NCBI GenBank assembly: GCA_046331705.1
Contig: JAXLQJ010000020.1
Span: forward strand, 62,001 to 111,242
DNA length: 49,242 nucleotides
Direction of reading: 5' to 3'
From: a bacterium
Lineage (GTDB): Bacteria > JADJOY01
Translations under genes and position numbers: made by a program
Notes under the pieces: generated by a model
Told to the model about the DNA's origin: nothing
What the model saw: the letters and a program-made list of their open reading frames with translations, nothing else
Databases searched by the model: none
Shown here: piece after piece, positions 47,210 through 49,242 of the stretch
How the letters are laid out: each line of letters opens with the position of its first letter
How positions within the stretch are numbered: position 1 is the first letter of the stretch

Positions 47210-48724
47210 TCAGCTCCGCTGGCGTAGCAGCCGATCGACCAAGCGATCGAGATCGACTCCCTCGCGATCGGCCTGCTTGCGCAGCGCCTCGGCGAGATCG
47301 GGCGCCAGGCGCACGCCGAGCGCACCGGACAGCGATTCGGGCCGCGCCTCGACGTCGGCGCGCTCGCTCGGCACGGGCGGCGCGTACGTCCAATCGGGGC
47401 GCTTGCGTACGTACGACTCGTCGAGCGCGAAGCTCCGCGTCGCGGCGACGTAATCCACCAGCAGCGGCACGGGAACCGCTTCCGTGGGCGCGAGCGGCTC
47501 CCGATAACGGGCCTCGAACTCGCCCCGAAAGCGCGAGATCAGGCTGGGAATCACCGTGGCGCCTTGCACCGGCAGGAAGCAGCGATGGCCCTGCGGCGCC
47601 GAGCGCGCGCCGTAGAGTGCCCGCTCGGGGTCGTCGTGGGTGGCCTTCGAGGAATCGAAGAGCTCGTCGATTGCGCTCGACGCGAGCCGCAGCCCCTGCT
47701 TGCACGCGGGGCATTGGTTGCACGACTCCACGTAGAAGAACCGCGCCAGGCTCGACGCGATGCGCGGCACGTTGCGGGTGTCGTCGTAGGCGATGAACCC
47801 GCCCGAGCCGAGCGCCGCGCCGATCAACGCCAGCGAGCCGAAGTCGGCGGGCGTGTCGAAGCGCTCGGGCGTGATGACCCCACCCGAGAGCCCTGGCAGC
47901 ACCAGCTTCAATCGCCGCCACGGCCGCGGTCCTCCCGCGACGTCGTAGAGCAAGTGCTTGAGCGGCGTCCCCGCCTCCAGCTCGTAGACCCCCGGACGCG
48001 TGACGTCCCCGCTCACGGTGAAGAGGATGGTGCCGGCGGTGTCCGTGGTGCCGAGCGCGCGGAACGAGTCGGCGCCGGCGCGCACGATGCCGGGGACCCG
48101 CGCGAAGGTCTCGATGTTCGACACCAGCGCCGGGTTGGGCGACCCGACGCTCGCGAAGAGCCCGCGCTCGACCGGCGTCTGGTGCGCCTCGCGGGGCAAC
48201 GGCTGCCCCTCCTCGATGTAGTTGAGAAGCGCCTTCTCCTCGCCGAGCAAGTACTCCTCGGGACCTTCCACGATGGTGAGGCGGACCCCGTCGAAGACTC
48301 CGTCCGAGCTCAGCTCGCGCACGGCGTCGCGGAGCCTGTCGATCTCGGCACGGAAGCGAGCGCGCGTGGCGACGTAGAGGTCGCGCGCCCCCACGATGTG
48401 CGCGGCGATGCGCAGTCCCTCGAGCGCCGCGTACGGGTTGAACCGCACGAGGTAGCGATCCTTGAACGAGCCGGGCTCGCTCTCGACGGCGTTCATCACC
48501 ACCACGCGGGTGGACGCGGCGTGTTCGGCGACCGCGCGCCACTTGAGGCCCGTCGGCGAGCCCGCGCCGCCGCGGCCGCGCAAGCCGGAGCGCGAGAGCT
48601 CGGCGACGAGCTCCGACGGCTCGCGCGCCAGCGCCTCGGCCACCGCGCTGGGACGATTCTCCGCCAGGTATTGCTGGTAGGTCGCGTACGGCTTCTCGGG
48701 AAGCAGCCAATGCTCGGGCTTCAT
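47210..48724 (-). CDS. Orphan NuoF-like flavo-iron-sulfur protein with an extra C-terminal ribbon-helix-helix-like tail
   Basis: SGLRGRGGAGSPTGLKW, ESEPGSFKDR, GEEKALL, NIETFA, SLBB region, CNQCPAC-x40-C. ATG 48724 preferred. Confidence 0.88.
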   Translation of the reverse strand: MKPEHWLLPEKPYATYQQYLAENRPSAVAEALAREPSELVAELSRSGLRGRGGAGSPTGLKWRAVAEHAASTRVVVMNAVESEPGSFKDRYLVRFNPYAALEGLRIAAHIVGARDLYVATRARFRAEIDRLRDAVRELSSDGVFDGVRLTIVEGPEEYLLGEEKALLNYIEEGQPLPREAHQTPVERGLFASVGSPNPALVSNIETFARVPGIVRAGADSFRALGTTDTAGTILFTVSGDVTRPGVYELEAGTPLKHLLYDVAGGPRPWRRLKLVLPGLSGGVITPERFDTPADFGSLALIGAALGSGGFIAYDDTRNVPRIASSLARFFYVESCNQCPACKQGLRLASSAIDELFDSSKATHDDPERALYGARSAPQGHRCFLPVQGATVIPSLISRFRGEFEARYREPLAPTEAVPVPLLVDYVAATRSFALDESYVRKRPDWTYAPPVPSERADVEARPESLSGALGVRLAPDLAEALRKQADREGVDLDRLVDRLLRQRS

Positions 48725-48900
48725 GGCGCGACTCCGATCGATCGAGTGCGAGCAGAACGGCCGGCGCCGCAAGATTACTCGGGCGCGCCCAGCGTGGCGG
48801 GCGGCGTCGCCGGCCCGGCGCCGCCAAGCGCGCGGGCCGCCGGGCGCCCCGATCGCCGTCACCCGCTCTCGGCGACGAAACGCGTTACCTTCCCCGCATC

Positions 48901-49242
48901 ATGAGCACCTCGCCCACGCCCACGATCGTCCCGGTTCCGCAGCTCGCCGACAACTACGCCTATCTGGTCGTGAACCCCGCGACGCGAGACGCGATCGCCA
49001 TCGATCCGGCGGAGGCCGGGCCGCTGCTCGCCGCCGCGCAGAAGATCGGCGCCTCGATCAACACCATCCTCAACACGCATCACCATTGGGACCATTGCGG
49101 GGCGAACGAAGAGCTGGGGAGCGCCACGGGCGCACCCGTCCAGGCGTCCGCGATCGAGGGAGACAAGATCCCCGGCCTCGCCGTCGCCCTCGAGCCCGGT
49201 CAGACGATCAACGTGAACGATTTCGCGATTCGCGTCCTGCGC
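48901..49242 (+). CDS. gloB: Hydroxyacylglutathione hydrolase (glyoxalase II, metallo-beta-lactamase fold), partial
   Basis: My translation: MSTSPTPTIVPVPQLADNYAYLV...AIDPAEA...ILNTHHHWDHCGAN. Open to the window edge. Confidence 0.88.
   Translation, partial: MSTSPTPTIVPVPQLADNYAYLVVNPATRDAIAIDPAEAGPLLAAAQKIGASINTILNTHHHWDHCGANEELGSATGAPVQASAIEGDKIPGLAVALEPGQTINVNDFAIRVLR

Noticed and set aside
44145-47453. 1102-aa Arg-rich ORF
   Set aside because: Off-frame shadow of the PHP-type lipoprotein.
47210-48724. Bona fide complex I nuoF
   Set aside because: No other nuo genes are adjacent, several motifs deviate, and there is an extra C-terminal domain, so no gene symbol was assigned.

Overview
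High-GC bacterial chromosomal window. The gene style suggests Myxococcota/Deltaproteobacteria or Binatota, but this is an inference. The backbone carries polA, a stand-alone fusA of the mitochondrial-EFG1-like type, an Ada-AlkA fusion, an MFS transporter, an ADH-hydantoinase A/B-HAD operon, cidA/lrgB, an acyl-CoA ligase, a CHASE3-PAS-PAS-GAF-GGDEF cyclase, a PHP-type lipoprotein, an orphan NuoF-like protein and gloB. The main discovery is an ~11.7-kb integrase-less island sitting between two 242-bp copies of the polA 3' end (3698-3939 and 15594-15835; 12 mismatches, 9 synonymous). The island appears to be a self-contained sigma54 regulon. A GAF-AAA-Fis enhancer-binding protein and a non-RD Ser/Thr kinase-STAND-TPR protein flank five exported or membrane proteins. 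These are arranged in three units, each with a -24/-12 promoter and the same tandem RTCYG-N6-CRGAY upstream palindromes. Other notable items are a RAYT-like HUH nuclease with a sigma54-like promoter, hairpin and inverted 13-mers, two adhesin/protease genes sharing a colinear 1.2-kb Cys/Asp-repeat tail, a NuoF-like protein with a C-terminal ribbon-helix-helix-like tail, and a decayed Uma2 gene. All family calls come from motifs recognised by eye; no searches were run. No rRNA, tRNA or CRISPR array was seen.
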